A stretch of DNA of 64,000 nucleotides from Raillietiella orientalis (lineage: Eukaryota): NCBI GenBank assembly GCA_036172245.1, contig JAYWIR010000023.1:2046001-2110000 (forward strand), given 5' to 3'. Each line of letters begins with the position of its first letter. Position 1 is the first letter of the stretch. Of the stretch, positions 1 to 12,149 are shown one piece after another. Both the position numbers and the translations under genes were made by a program. Under the pieces are notes generated by a model. It was not told where the DNA came from, searched no databases, and saw only the letters and a list, made by a program, of their open reading frames with translations.

Positions 1-299
1 GGAACTCGAAACGGATTTTTGCTCAGACTTAGATACAGCTGCCGGGCGTTTTCGTGCAAATGCTCATTTGCATAATCACGAACGGAGAAGCTGTTCCTGA
101 GTCAGGAGATAGCGGGTTTGGATAAATCCATGTTTTATTTCCAGAAGGATAGAACAAAGTTACAAACATCACGAAAGTGTCTGGTGAAACATTGTATGTT
201 CTCGAAAAGCTTCATTCCCTGAAGAGGAGCCGACGACACCAGTGGTAAGGTTACTTGGGTGGTTGGGTTTCTCAGAAAGTTCACACTCATTTCACTGAT

Positions 300-409
300 T
301 CATCCCAGGAACGCAAGAAACAGAAGAGTCGGGCACCACAACAGCTTCCAGATCCAGGACGTAGTGTTGGGACGTTGTGAATTCTGCTGCATAGCAGCCT
401 GTTTTTCCT
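300..409 (-). CDS. dpr: dpr terminal exon with hydrophobic, GPI-signal-like C-terminus
   Basis: Acceptor gttccAG at 411-410; phase matches the previous exon; EKQAAMQQ...WIWKLLWCPTLLFLAFLG-TGA. Confidence 0.8.
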
Positions 410-2610
410 CTGGAACGACAACCGAAACTAAGGAAGGATGGAATTCAATTATGCCAGATGAATTTCCATCCACACACACCGAAGAGCCTTTCGCAAACGC
501 ATAAATCACACCACGAGTGTCTTATCCTCAGAATACTCAATACAAAGAGAATCTTTCACGAGGCATCCATTAGTTCTTTTTTTCTCAAATTCAATAAGAG
601 AATTCACCCCGAAACCTCGGTAATCTGATGAATGATTTTTGGGCAGAGTGGTGCAATTTCATATATTCTTTAATGATAACCAACGCGGAGATTTGCACGC
701 GCTCGCGCAACACCGCCACAGTGTGTCTTGATGTGTGCATGGCTGATGTGTGCTTCCACTACAACAGATTCATCTTACACCAAGTCGCTCTTTTGCTTCC
801 TCCTGTTCTTCTCCTGATCAAGCTGAGCGTGGAGCCAAATTATTCTAGGCTTCCTTCTAGGACTGATCTTCAGCGAACGCTGAGATGGGCGGATTGGGCA
901 CAGTTTTAGGGGTAACCTAGGGCTGAGTTATTATTTGTTAGTAATAGCTGCTCCCCTTTTTGGATGGTAGTTCTAGGCTGGGAGGGTAGACGTAAATGGC
1001 AGTAGTCGTCATTATTTCGGCCATTATTTGGGCGTCGTTATTACCGTTTCACACATCTTCCCAAGGATGGTATACTTGGTGATTCGAATATTGACGATCG
1101 TTTCATGAAAATAGGTCAAGATGAGCTGTTTACGAGCGTTTCAGATCTTCGTGGGTACTGTTGGTATCATGAGGTGAGAATGCAGCCAGAGGGCAGATTC
1201 TCAATCACGTGTTCTTTCAAACTTGCTGGCATATGGACTCAACTTCTTGGCGTTCTTTGGTGATATACTTGGAGTGAAAAATGCATGTCAGCTCTCAGAT
1301 CAAGGTGTGATACAAACAGCACTTCCCTAAGATCTCCAGAAGAGATCTTAGGGAAGTCTGGCGACCCAAGTGTGACCTTCCTAAAAGGCAAAAAAAAAAA
1401 AGAAGGAAGAACTCCTGACGTCCAAGTCCAGAGCTAGTCAAGGCAGAGTTCGCGTGCTTGCTTTCGGTACTTTCCAGAACGAGTCGCGAAGATCAAAGGA
1501 GTATGCGTGGATTATAATAGATGAATTTCGATACGTTCTTTCATCGGGAAGAATACGTGAAGATTTTCAAAGCACTTCTCGAAATTCATACAGCTTCACT
1601 CAGACTCGTGATCTGCTTTCGTTTTCTTCAGAATGAGATCGAGGGCAATCTCGCAGGACAGTGATCAGGCAGATTCGATCAAAGTGCACACACACCGATT
1701 AATGCAGCCGACACATGCCGGAGAAATAGACCCCACCCCCACTGGAAGAAGATTCCTCGTTTTCGGTACGCTTCCGCTTACATCTCCCCCCAAAAAAACA
1801 AAAAACAAATAGGACGGTTCGGGAATAATAATAATGATTACAAATACGGGAAACAGATCACCTTCCAGGATGTAGATTGTCACGCTGTCCGAAAGAACAT
1901 CCTTCGAAGAGCAGCTGTATCTTCCGGAGTCTTTGGACTTCGCCGAATTAATGAGCAGTTTGCTTGTTGTGGCTCCTTGTCTTTCGGTGTAAATACTTAT
2001 CCCTCCTCTTCTGGAATCATAATTTATGATTTCATTGTCCTTCAACCAAACAGGGTGTTTAACGGAAGTGCTTCCTGGAGGCAGCACGCAAGTTAAGTTT
2101 ATCTCGCTTCCATCTCTCAAAAACATTTCTCTGGATTCGAGAATCCTTGCTCTTCCAGCTGCAAAAGCAGGACGTACAAGAATCAAAACCCCTCACGAAT
2201 CAGTGGGATTCATTACGGGATACGCTCAGTGCGACGTTTAGACTCATTTTCGGCTCCGTGCTGATCTGGCATTCGTATATTCCAGAATCGTTCCTCTTCA
2301 GCGAGCGGAATTCCAGGATCCACTCCTTGCTTTCCTCTGGGTGCCTCGCGGTTATACGAGGATCGCCAGTGAAGCTGTTTTCTCCTATGGATAAAATGCT
2401 CAGATCGGTTTTCCGTATCCAGGATACCTGAACAAAACATCTCGCTGATTCAGTAGCTCTTGACACATGAAATGGGTTCTACCATTTTTCCACCCAGATT
2501 ATCCACGACACAAGACAAGTTTGCCGTTCCTCCTTCTAGAGCAGACACGTTTTTGGAAGAGGAGATCAAATCGAATCTCGGCCATAAAGTTATTGATGCA
2601 GAAGTTCTTT
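300..2610 (-). CDS. dpr: Dpr-family (defective proboscis extension response / zwei-Ig-like) two-Ig-domain cell-surface protein, 5'-partial; exons 2610-2483, 2427-2217, 2158-1862, 409-300
   Basis: Spliced translation ...WPRFDLISSSKNVSALEGGTANLSCVVDNLGGKM/VSWIRKTDLSILSIGENSFTGDPRITARHPEESKEWILEFRSLKRNDSGIYECQISTEPKMSLNVALSVSP/GRARILESREMFLRDGSEINLTC...WLKDNEIINYDSRRGGISIYTE...SKLLINSAKSKDSGRYSC...VTIYILE/EEKQAAMQQ...WIWKLLWCPTLLFLAFLG*. VSWIR, DSGxYECQ-STEP, INYDSxRGG and the post-Ig2 xxAAMQ motif are typical of Dpr proteins. All introns are GT..AG with consistent phases (0,1,1). The specific paralogue cannot be assigned. Confidence 0.9.
1060..1262 (+). mobile_element. Gypsy-type reverse transcriptase relic inside the last dpr intron
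   Basis: KDGILGDSNIDDRFMKIGQDELFTSVSDLRGYCWYHEVRMQPEGRFSITCSFKLAGIW resembles the KDxYPLPxIDD...FSxLDLxxGYxQ...TAF..G segment of Ty3/Gypsy RT. Confidence 0.5.
1321..1357. repeat. perfect 15-bp hairpin in the last dpr intron
   Basis: acttccctaagatct-ccagaag-agatcttagggaagt. Confidence 0.95.
1862..2158 (-). CDS. dpr: dpr exon: Ig domain 2
   Basis: Acceptor gcttttgcAG; 297 nt, phase 1-1; INLTC...W...DSGRYSC; donor GTgatc at 1861. Confidence 0.9.
2217..2427 (-). CDS. dpr: dpr exon: C-terminal half of Ig domain 1
   Basis: Acceptor ttttgttcAG; encodes VSWIRK...DSGIYECQISTEPKMSLNVALSVS; donor GTaatg at 2216. Confidence 0.9.
2483..2610 (-). CDS. dpr: dpr exon: N-terminal half of Ig domain 1
   Basis: Acceptor ttcttcgttctAG at 2612-2611; encodes RTSASITLWPRFD...ANLSCVVDNLGGKM; donor GTagaa at 2482. 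Confidence 0.85.
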
Positions 2611-3389
2611 CTAGAACGAAGAAAAACCCGTTTAGATTTTATTTTTCAGATCTATTGTTCAATGATAAAAAATGCTTTGAGAGTGGAAAAAGATGGCTCC
2701 TTTTCGGAACAGAGCAGCAACAAAACACACACACACATCTGTTTCCTCAAAGTTTTCTTAAAGATTTATCTGCACGCTTGCCTCGTGTCAGCGTAAAGTT
2801 TTCGGTAGCAGATTCGAGGAGGAAAGAAGAGAAAGGTGGGGAGCTGCAAGAGCAAGTCTGAGGGAAGGGAGTGCATCGTCGCTTCCGCGTTCAAGAACGA
2901 CTGTTTCAGTTTTCTGGATATGGACAGATCCAAGGGAACGAGAGGAAAAGTGCAGGGTGGAGGAAGACTCAGAGGCAGCAAGCATCTTTCTAGTGCAAAA
3001 GTTTTCACTCTGGATACAAGAGTCACCTGAAGAATGGGTCACCATTCTCTTCAGCATGCAGTGCTAACACATCGCTTGTTTCAAGAGGTGCACCTGTGCT
3101 GTTTTACGCCAATGCTCTGCTGCGATGGTTCTCAGAATACTAAAGAAGCGCAGGAAACGAAGAGGAAACTACTTCCGCCAACACTTGGACGCAAGAATTT
3201 TTTCAAGGCAATCATATTGTCCCCATGGTGGCTACAATTTCACCGAGGTGACTGCGTTGCTCTCAATCAAAACGGTTTGAATGTTGGAATTCTGGATTCC
3301 GAAGGAGAGACCTGCGAAAATCCTCGAAGACGCTCTAAGTCTCAAGGGATGTTAAAGCAGTAAAGATGAAAAGGGAACTGAATACGCTT

Positions 3390-3760
3390 TCAATTTCTCA
3401 GAGGAGTGTTTCAGAGTCCTCAAGAGGGGTCAACACAGCTTTGAATTCGATTTGTCGGCATCCCGAGTTGTTGTCAGCCTGACTTTTGGCAAAGTCGTTG
3501 TATAGAACTTCGAGCGGCAAATGGGTCTGGTAAGTGACTTCGGACAGTCCCAAAAGGACATTGGGTTTCAGAAATACGGCATGTAAAACCACAAGAGAAA
3601 AGTTGCCTAATCGAAGAAGACATGCACAAGAAAGGAAACCAGCAACCAGTGTTGAGAGATTTCGTATTTATGAGACAACCCAGCATGGCATCATGCTGCA
3701 ATTGCGTAAACCGTGAGCCACGGAAGTGTAAGCATTTGAGTCCAGTTGTCATTCCAAACT
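3390..3760 (-). mobile_element. possible hAT transposase relic
   Basis: VLHAVF...LEVLYNDFAKS...CRQIEFKAVL weakly resembles the region after CxxH in hAT transposases. Confidence 0.25.
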
Positions 3761-5479
3761 CTGAGCATCCTTTAAATGTTTGCGAATTTCGTAGTACTCT
3801 GAATACAAAAGGGAAGAGAAAAAGAATGGCTCAATCCCCCCTTCCTTGTATCGATCATCATTCGGAAATTCCCTCATTCAAGGCTCCTCTCCTGAGAGTA
3901 CTCTCCCTTACCCCACCACTATTAAGGAGTGGTCTTACTCCTCTGCTTTCTAATATTTCACTCTAACCATCGTCTGGTCCCTCTGGATTTTTCTCTCTCC
4001 TTCCTACAGGATCATATGGACGGTTCCGCCTCTCTACAGTACCTCACGTTGCGGTGAGCTTCGGAGAAGTGCAGATCAGCGTACGATAAGCTGTGCCGGA
4101 AAACTCCCACTTGCTGTGTGTACATTCTCTTATGCCGAACAATTCCAAATGAGAAGGACTTTCTTGAGTTGGTCCTTGTCCTGGAGCCATTTTCTGTCAC
4201 TTTTATGGAAACTGGAGGCCAGTTTTATGGAAAACTCCTCCATCCAGACTTTTTATCTAACTACAAGTGCTACTACAAGGGACGTCAGTACAGGTCATGA
4301 CCAGGACTAAATTGCAATATCTTGATCTGGTGTAATCTATCATATCTATCTAATCCATCAGATCGCTATATTTACAATCTCCTTTTGGTATCGGATCCAG
4401 ATATCTAGACAGATATGTAATATCTAATCGTGAGATACTGTAAGTTACCTATCAAACAGAAATGCTTCCACGACAGTAATTACTGCCATTGCCCACTACT
4501 TCTTATACCATTAATTGTACCCCGAGCTGCTTGTGCGTGCACTGGCAGCGAGCTATACCCTTGAGTCATTAGGAATTTCACGTACACGATGTTGTATGTG
4601 CGGACAGTTGCACCTCTGATAGCGCGTGACAGTCTCATCACATTTATATGCCACAGGCAAATTAAAAAAAAAAAAAAAATGCGTGATAGAGATCTCAGGC
4701 TGTTTGAAGGCGTTAGAGGAAGCACAGAAGAATAAAAAAAAATTGCAATCCGTCATTCTGCATTTGCGGAATGGATCCTTAGAAATTTGCTCGATTTGCT
4801 TCGGTCATTCAGAGCTTTTGTTCACGAGGCCATCTGCTGAGACAAAAGGGTCAGAACCCAGGATCGAACTAATTCAATTCACCTAGCGCGGATTTTGAAT
4901 GAGGACTGGGAACCATTTTCTTCCTCCCATGCGTTGCTGGAAGTTAAGCTGGGTCCTAACTGAATGCTCCATTTTAATTTGGTTGATGACCACTTTGGAT
5001 GCTTCTCTGAATGAGGGATCCATGTCCTCCAGCGATCACCCTGCTGATTGAAAGAGTGCCAAGACCAGAGACAACGTTTTCTCTTGCATCAGTGTCTTGT
5101 ATATCCCTGAGAAGCTGTCAAGAAGTTTTAGAGATGGCAACGGTGATATAACTGGTTCGAACTGATTTGTGATTTGGCTACAATGACTTTCAATGGATTC
5201 TGGGTATGAAGAAATTGCCGGAAAAGTCACCATTCCTACTAACGGGAGAATTTTTCGGAAGAATGATCTTGGCACTTGCTTCAAGAATTCCACCCAAGCC
5301 TCTACAAACTTCAAAATTCTTTGATTCCGTTTTCTGAAGTGCATTGACTGACTAAAGCTAATAGGAGGCGTTAGAGGCACTTTCTTCGGCGTTGTTGCTG
5401 GTTGTCATCCAGAAATGCAATTAGCTGCCCTTCCACTTCGAGAATGTGCTCTGTTTCAGCGATGCTAAATGTCAACAGC

Positions 5480-5830
5480 AATGCTAAATGGAACCCATTA
5501 TTCGCTCCAAAACCCACGCTCTGACGGCATTCAAACAATTCGGATTCCTCATCCTCCTGGACGCCGGGGCGCTACGGGAGCTGTGCAGGGAAGTCGTTTC
5601 CGTACAGGTGCCGCAGGCCGTACACAGGATGTTTCTCCAAGAGGAGAAGGTCGAAGAGAAGGACAGAGTCTGGAGGTAGAAGGACGAAGTGGGCAGCCCT
5701 CCGAGGACTGAACGATTCTTGGACAGGACTTTGTGCGAATTCTTCGGCGAAACGCAGCCATCAACGGGAAGCACGCGATTCTCCCATCTGGGTCGGAGAA
5801 AATAGCAGACATGCACACAAAAAAGGAACA
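5480..5830 (+). mobile_element. possible Gypsy integrase core relic
   Basis: ALTAFKQFGFLILLDAG and RTLCEFFGE resemble FxxxGxPxxIxSDxG and SPAELxxGR; loose nucleotide similarity to 54580-54670. Confidence 0.3.
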
Positions 5831-6349
5831 AACAAACAAAAAGAAACAATTCGGATTTCAGGCTTTGCATTTGGCGAAATTCTCTATTCCAGACTCCTCA
5901 GTGAGTATCTCAATTGAAGAATTTTCATTCTCCGGAGTTGCAACCACATGCAAATGCATAAAACACAGAAATCTTTATAGCAGTACATTGCAGCTTTCAC
6001 TCTATACGATGAAAACATATCGATGACAAAGAGAAGCTGGACTTCGCCTGTGGAAACCTCTCAAAGGGGGGACTGAGTTCCTATTCTTCATGTACAGGGT
6101 TTTTTCTGTACTCTTTCTGTAATGGAGAGCATTTCAGTTTGAACAGGCAAACCTCTGTGAAACTTTCACTGTGCAGTCGATAAACCTCTACCAGTGCGGT
6201 TAGAGGCGCCCATGGTCTGTTCTCTTTATGGAAGGCTCTTACATGTTAGTTAACTTGACAATTTTCAATATTACACTTCCAACCAAATCGAAAATTTCCC
6301 TCTTCTCGATGGTGTCCAAATTTGGCACGATGCTGATATCTACAGGAAA

Positions 6350-7250
6350 AGCAGTTGCTCAACAAAAATCCCTTTGTTTCTCCAGCTGCATTACTTAGTT
6401 CTGCGTCTTTCAATGTCGATGATGTTGGTTTGCTGGGGAAGGTTTTCAGAGTTTGAGAAAAATCTCTTTCACATTCCATCTACTAGAAACCGATGTCGAT
6501 GGAAAATTTCCAACCTTCCTACTCAACATTTCGGTTGCTACCCAATAGACACGAAGAACTTATGGCTCAATCGAGCGATTTGTACATTTCTGTAGGTACA
6601 GAAACCAGTGCTGATGTATTTTGCAAATAAAAGGAGAATTTCGTGTATCCGTTGAGGCACTTTCGGGTTCCTCTTACAAGACCAGATTTTGGCTCAAACC
6701 GTGTGCGCTTATCGATTGGAAACCGTTTCCAGGTGGAAGCGCTTAAGCAACGCCATCTTTGTTTAATATTCCGTGCATTATAAACCAATCGTTGGTTACG
6801 CGAAACAACTGTTCTCTTTTCTTGCACCTAAACTCTTTAGGTCAAGCTGAGAGACAAGCTGAGAGCACCTGATTTTTTTTGTTACTTTTTGTGTCCTTTC
6901 CATTGGTATTCCAGCTGCAATCGAGAAATACTGCAGAGTTTTCAGAGTCCCGGAAGTTGTGAGTTCGACTGCTGCACGTTCTGTGCAACCCCTACAATGA
7001 GCCACGCTATCTGGAATTCAAGCCAAATTCTGGCAATTGCACAAGGATGGCAGTATCAGCATGGAAGCTCCCTAGAAAGACAGCCATGTGGTCAAGCAAT
7101 GGATCGAGAAAATCTGATGGAACTGTATGGAAAGCCTCAGCGTCCACACAAACAAACTTCATGGGAGGAAGGTGCGAGGATATTTCAGGAATCTGGAATA
7201 AGGGAAGGGAGCTTGTCGAAGCTTCGGAAGATTCCACCAGGAGTGTCCAT
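6350..7250 (-). mobile_element. hAT transposase relic including the C-terminal dimerisation motif
   Basis: Frameshifted VSS/ECERDFSQ at ~6440-6500 matches the hATC SxxECERxFS motif; upstream extent uncertain. Confidence 0.4.
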
Positions 7251-8199
7251 GTCCCCTGTTCCTGTAAAGCGTCATAACCGAGTCGGAGAAACTGGCACTA
7301 GAGGAAAAGAACCAAAAGCGGGGATCACATTGGTTATGCATCCCAGGCTTGGAAACTGCCCAAATCTTTTTAAAATCGCCCCTTTCTATTCATTCAAATG
7401 GATTTCTGGAACAGATGGAGACTGTCGAAGAAAATAACGCTCGCTGACCACATGCTATCTCAATAGGCTACATTCCCATGGTGACGTGAATCTGCGAAAG
7501 AGAACTTTCGGGATCACATCGCACTACACTACACAACAGCTGTACAATAGATTCCTGTGTAACGCGGGGGATAAGTCTCGCGTTGTACCAACACGTGTTA
7601 TACGAATCATACGAGTCCTATGGGTCATGCATGGATAATACGATAGCATTTATAAAAGATATAAATGTATCGTGAAACAAAGGAATATTTATCATTACGG
7701 TTGAAAACAGGAAAAAACAAAAGCGTTTATTTATTATTTAAATTGAAGTAAAAAAAAAAGATGCTGAAGTTTGGTTGATATTTAATCAATTCAAACACTT
7801 CTGGAGTTCCAGCTTTATCGTCTTTGCTGTTAAGAAATGTATCTCAGGCTATATTTTATTCACGAAAACTTGAATGAAATAGAGTTCAACTTCCTTAAAT
7901 CATGTTTCGTGTTCTTTTTTTCTTTTTTTTTTTTTAAAAAAAGAAAAAGTTGAAAATAAAACTTAAGGAACTTGAGAAACATTCTCACTTTACTATTACT
8001 CTAAGGCTGATTCATTGCGTTATACGAAGGTTGCCCCTCCATTTTTTCGTCGTCCTGTACGCGATTCTATTGTATTTAATTCCTGCATGATCGTATTTCA
8101 TCCGATTTATGTAGTCTGCTGCACATAAGTAGAAAAAAATACAGCTATACAAGCAAACTGATTGATAAATTAGACACTAAGGATGGACCCATCGATGGT

Positions 8200-8650
8200 A
8201 GACGTGGTCCAACATTTTTGAAAGGTGGTGGTGAGGAGAAAGACACGTCCACAGCAATCCTTTATGCCAGTGTATGAGCTGGGAAAGGAACCCTGCTTTA
8301 GTGCTTGCTGTCCACAATTCGACTCATGGAATCCATTACTCTAAACAGTATTGCAATGCTGAGTAGGAGGGCTGCATAAATTTCGGTAACCCTCCAAATT
8401 TCGAGGAGAGCAATCCGTGCTATGCAAAACAAAAAAAAAATCCAAGAAGCCACAATTTCACCATGGAGGCATTTCTCATGGTTTGAGTTTACCAGCTTCT
8501 TTAGCAGTCAGGGGAAGATTTCCCACTGAGCGTTTCAACGTTCAGAAGGAGTTCAATCTTGAGGGCAGGAAAAGCCCTTCCTGTCCTTAAGATTAAGGAA
8601 AACTCTTTCACCGGTGGAAGCCGGGCCGTCGTTGCATCAGAGGAGCATGA
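8200..8650 (-). mobile_element. possible RTE-like non-LTR RT relic
   Basis: LSSKFGGLPKFMQ followed by a degenerate QGxxLSP-like segment (LLWTCLSP); heavily decayed. Confidence 0.25.
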
Positions 8651-8949
8651 GTGTCCCATTGGACTCAAAGCAGCTGTGCATCCTAATTGAATGTTTTAAA
8701 ATTCAAAATAACTCACAAGTTATATTCATTCTTAAGAGGTGCCAATATCGTTAAAAGTGATGGTGCAGATTTTGATTTATGAAATCTACTGCGGCTACCC
8801 GAAACGATGGTCGTATACGATACTGCAGTACGACAGTGCCCTCCCTTGGGGTGACATCCTTAAAATTCCCCCACGCAAATGAATCGGATCCTCAAGTGGA
8901 GAAAGTGTGAATGAAAGGTCGAGAGTTTCATCACTGTTGCTACCCTCGT

Positions 8950-9410
8950 TGGTTTCCTTCTCAGAGAGACTTTCTCAAACAGTAAATGAAATATTCAACA
9001 CCTTGCATGCTGCCACGCTCAACCGAACCTCCCATGCATGCTATTTACATGAGGAACTTAAGAAACACTCATGTGACTCTTTATTTGGAATTGTGCTTGC
9101 TCATCTATTTATGCGAGCAGAGTTCTGAATGGCAATCTATAGGTTTCGATTTTTTTTTTCTGTAGAAAGCAACCAGTTCAAATATGTGTATGCACAGTAG
9201 GGAACAACTGTGGAATGCTGTTTCATCTAAGAGTTCCGCTAACACATCCTGTCTGATAGCAGCAATCACAACTTTGAGGTGACTCACCAATTTTTTGATG
9301 CGTTACAATCACTAATACAATGCATGTCCAATCCATTCATCGTTTGACCACTTATTTGCATCCAGAGAGGGACCTCATTTCCTGGCTCAGTGCACTTGGA
9401 TTCTCTGACA
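8950..9410 (+). mobile_element. Ginger/KRBA2-type integrase relic
   Basis: EIFNTLHAA...LHEELKKH...IVLAHLF (HHCC-like region), then THQFFDALQSL (DHxTKFxxLRPL-like) and FDHLFASREGPHFLAQ (IFxxxGxPxxLQ-like). Confidence 0.5.
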
Positions 9411-9989
9411 ACAACAACAACAAAAATAGACATGGTATCTTTAGCTAGATCTTTCACATTTCCCCAATCCTCTCGCGACCTTCATTCATTTATTCATGAG
9501 GAATGCACATTTCTTGCATTCAGTGTTGCGTTTGTACTTATCGGTGCTCCGAGTGTGTTTGCTGTTGAGGTCCCCGACAGACAGGAGAGCCCGAAAATTT
9601 TCAGTGTTGCCGTCCTGCAGGCGGCTCGCACATGCGGCTGACGTTCCCGTCAAGCAGCTCTGAGAATCGCGTTCTTTATAAATCTCCATCACTTTCGTCC
9701 TAATGAGCGGATTTGCCTCGCTTCAGTGTTTCTCTTTGAATCGGAAATAATTTGAGCAGTTCAGGATGAAACCACGGAAACCCTCTCCCCGTGTCACCAC
9801 GCGTCGCATTCTCGCTGTTGTCAAGGTAGCGTCAGCTGATCTTTCTGGGCGAGCTTCGCTCTTTCCCCGAGAGCAGTTCCGGTTGTGGAAGCACAGTTTG
9901 TCTGAAAGTGACGACGATTCTGATCGCCATCTCGGAGTCCCGTGCCAGACTTTGGAACAAGATGAAACTCGGAAGCAATTCTAAGGGTG

Positions 9990-10290
9990 TTGTGGCTGAC
10001 CGAGGCGATCACATGATGGCCACAGTCATTGCCGTTTCTCAATGGTAACACGAACGGCAGTGCTTGTAGACGGAGGCAAAAGAATGCCTGGTTTGGAAGA
10101 AAAACTGAAAATGGACGCAGTCCTTCTGACAGAGTGGCGGAAAGCAAATGTCGAGGGCCTTTCACCAACCGGGCAGAAGAAGAAGGAGGGTGGAAATTCA
10201 GGACTAAAAGGAGCGGAAAGTACGTAGCTCCTCAGTCCCTAGCAGAATTCGGGACCAAGAATTTCCTCAACAGAGTGGTTGATGACCCGT
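9990..10290 (+). pseudogene. MADF/Myb-SANT domain relic, possibly the second ORF of a Harbinger element
   Basis: RRQKNAW...ESKCRG...KRSGKYVAPQSLAEFGTKNFLNRVV follows the MADF pattern KxxAW...KWxxLR...YxPxWxxxxxLxFL. Confidence 0.4.
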
Positions 10291-10639
10291 TTGAAGTTCA
10301 AGTGCAGCGATCAATACAGAAAAGCTTTCCCGAGATTTTTGGACTGGGAAGCGGAGCACGGATTTAGACTTTTTCGCTCTTCAGTCTGAAAGGTTGGTGG
10401 AATTTTTTCGCTTCCTCATCCGAAGATCGATAATAGGGGTCCTGCGTCACGAGTCTCCCAAACCAATAAGACCCTGAAGAGCCAAGGGAGAGGTGTTTGG
10501 TCGTACAAGAAGCAGGAGTGTTTTAAGCTGATGTAGTAGCAAAAAGCAATGCCACAGAAAATGCTTCACGGGCTGACCTTGGAAAGCAGCAGCACGGAGA
10601 GGATGCCGGTTTTTTTCCCTTTTTTTTCAAGCGCTCATG

Positions 10640-11980
10640 AGGGAGAAATGGAAGGGAAAGTGTAATCGTTTCAACTCGGATAGAAATTCAAAGATGCGAC
10701 CCTGTCCGGAGGGTAACGAGGGACGAGCTCTCGGATTCCAGCCCTCAACGCGAAGGGAACGCTCTCTCTGCTCCGTGGATGGAAACTTCGCCCCTCGATC
10801 ACTTGTTATCCCTCTTCCTCCTTCAAACCGAATTCGCCACCGGCGCATCTCGACAAGAGTGGCAGCGTGGATGATTTAAGTGCACAGCTACATGAGGGAC
10901 ATCCAAGTCACGAGACGTGGATTCTCTTTCCCCCCCTAAAAGTGGGATTAAGTGGAACCGACGAGTGTGTCTTTGGGGAATACAGTTTCAGCCTGGGTCT
11001 TTCCGCCTCGTGAACGCGCTGCGCAAGACGAGGAAGGGTTCCCCGATCCAGAGCTGACAGCACAGCCCGCGCGCCTTCTGCAAATCCTCCAGGATGGGTA
11101 AAGCGAGCGAGTTCCCTCTGAAAGAGAGGTCTCACTCGATGGGAGCACGCGGTCCGATGAATGCAGCAAGGCACAAAGTTGCCCGCTTTGGCGGCCGTCT
11201 CCGCGCGTTGTGGCATCAAGCGTCGTGGGTGCGAATCTGCCCTCCCGGGGGGAGGGGGAGGATCGACGCCAGAGAAATGGGTGCGTCGTGGGTTACGAGT
11301 CCTCTCTTCCCCCCGCAGGATTTCCCGTCCTCTCTTCCCGTCCCTCTCTTCCCCGCACTGGTTGGCCTACAGACTTGTAGTGCCGCACTGGTAGAAGCCG
11401 GCTGCTCCCGCTGACTGGCTGGGATCGGAAAGTTGACCCTCCGGGGTCCTCCGAGGAATCAAGGAGCCCTTCGGGGTTCCCCTTGGGTTGTGCAAATGGA
11501 GCCGAGTGCCACGGAGTACCATGGAACTGGTTGATCCTCGGAGACTGCCCTCCAGAGCGTCAAGAAGTGAGCTTCGGAAAGCGCCCATCAGAGAAAACTG
11601 GGAAGCGTCCCTTCAGGATTCTCTTCAGGGGAGGAAAAACAAGGAGCGGTTCCCTTGCGGTTTCTTCCCCGAGAACAAATTCCAGGAGCAAATGCTTTCC
11701 GGGTCCCCTTCGAGAAAGAAATGAGGAGTGGGTCCCACTCCAGTGGCATCTCCGAAGAGAATAAAGGGCTTCAGGGTTCCCTCCCAAGTTCAAGAGAAGA
11801 GGACTTCTTTCCCCAGAGCCTTCTTGGATCTATAGGGTGGTCCTCTCCTTCAGCAGCCTCCATAACTTGAAGAGCTACGCTCACCCCTCGCGTGGAGTGA
11901 ACAGTGTTAAAGAGTTTCTTCGTGAGTCCACCCTAAACCCACCCTGAGGAGGAGACCAATTCTTTGAGTACTTAGCGAGG
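10640..11980 (+). mobile_element. Gypsy retrotransposon pol relic, copy A (integrase to pol C-terminus)
   Basis: RRERSLCSVDGNFAPRSLVIP (ELSxxDG..RxVIP) and QLHEGHP (integrase HH), WVR/KW motifs, P/S-rich GGTTCCC repeats, terminal LKSY; homologous to copies B, C and D. Confidence 0.7.
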
Positions 11981-12149
11981 CAGAAATTCGGTCAGTTAGT
12001 GTGGCCATCAGAGTTCCCCGGAGGTCAAGAGGCAGCTCAACAAAGCAAATGCTCCTGTGGAAATCCAGGATCACCAATCGATAGCTAGGCTTATCCCCGC
12101 TCGAAAAAAAAGGAAGAAAAAAAAAAAAAGAGGTTCTGGTTTAATCTGA

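Noticed and set aside
1665..1861. Hydrophobic read-through after Ig2 (VFVIIIIIPEPSYLFFVFLGG) as a transmembrane isoform
   Set aside because: It derives from AT-rich intron sequence after a good GT donor; the Dpr-typical AAMQ exon lies at 409-300. Intron retention cannot be fully excluded without RNA data.
11560..11830. Recurring ggttccc/gggaacc units resembling a CRISPR or structured array (also 14010-14200, 26380-26600, 62450-62800)
   Set aside because: Irregular, degenerate repeats without constant repeat/spacer lengths; they encode a low-complexity P/S/G/E tail of Gypsy pol in a eukaryotic context.
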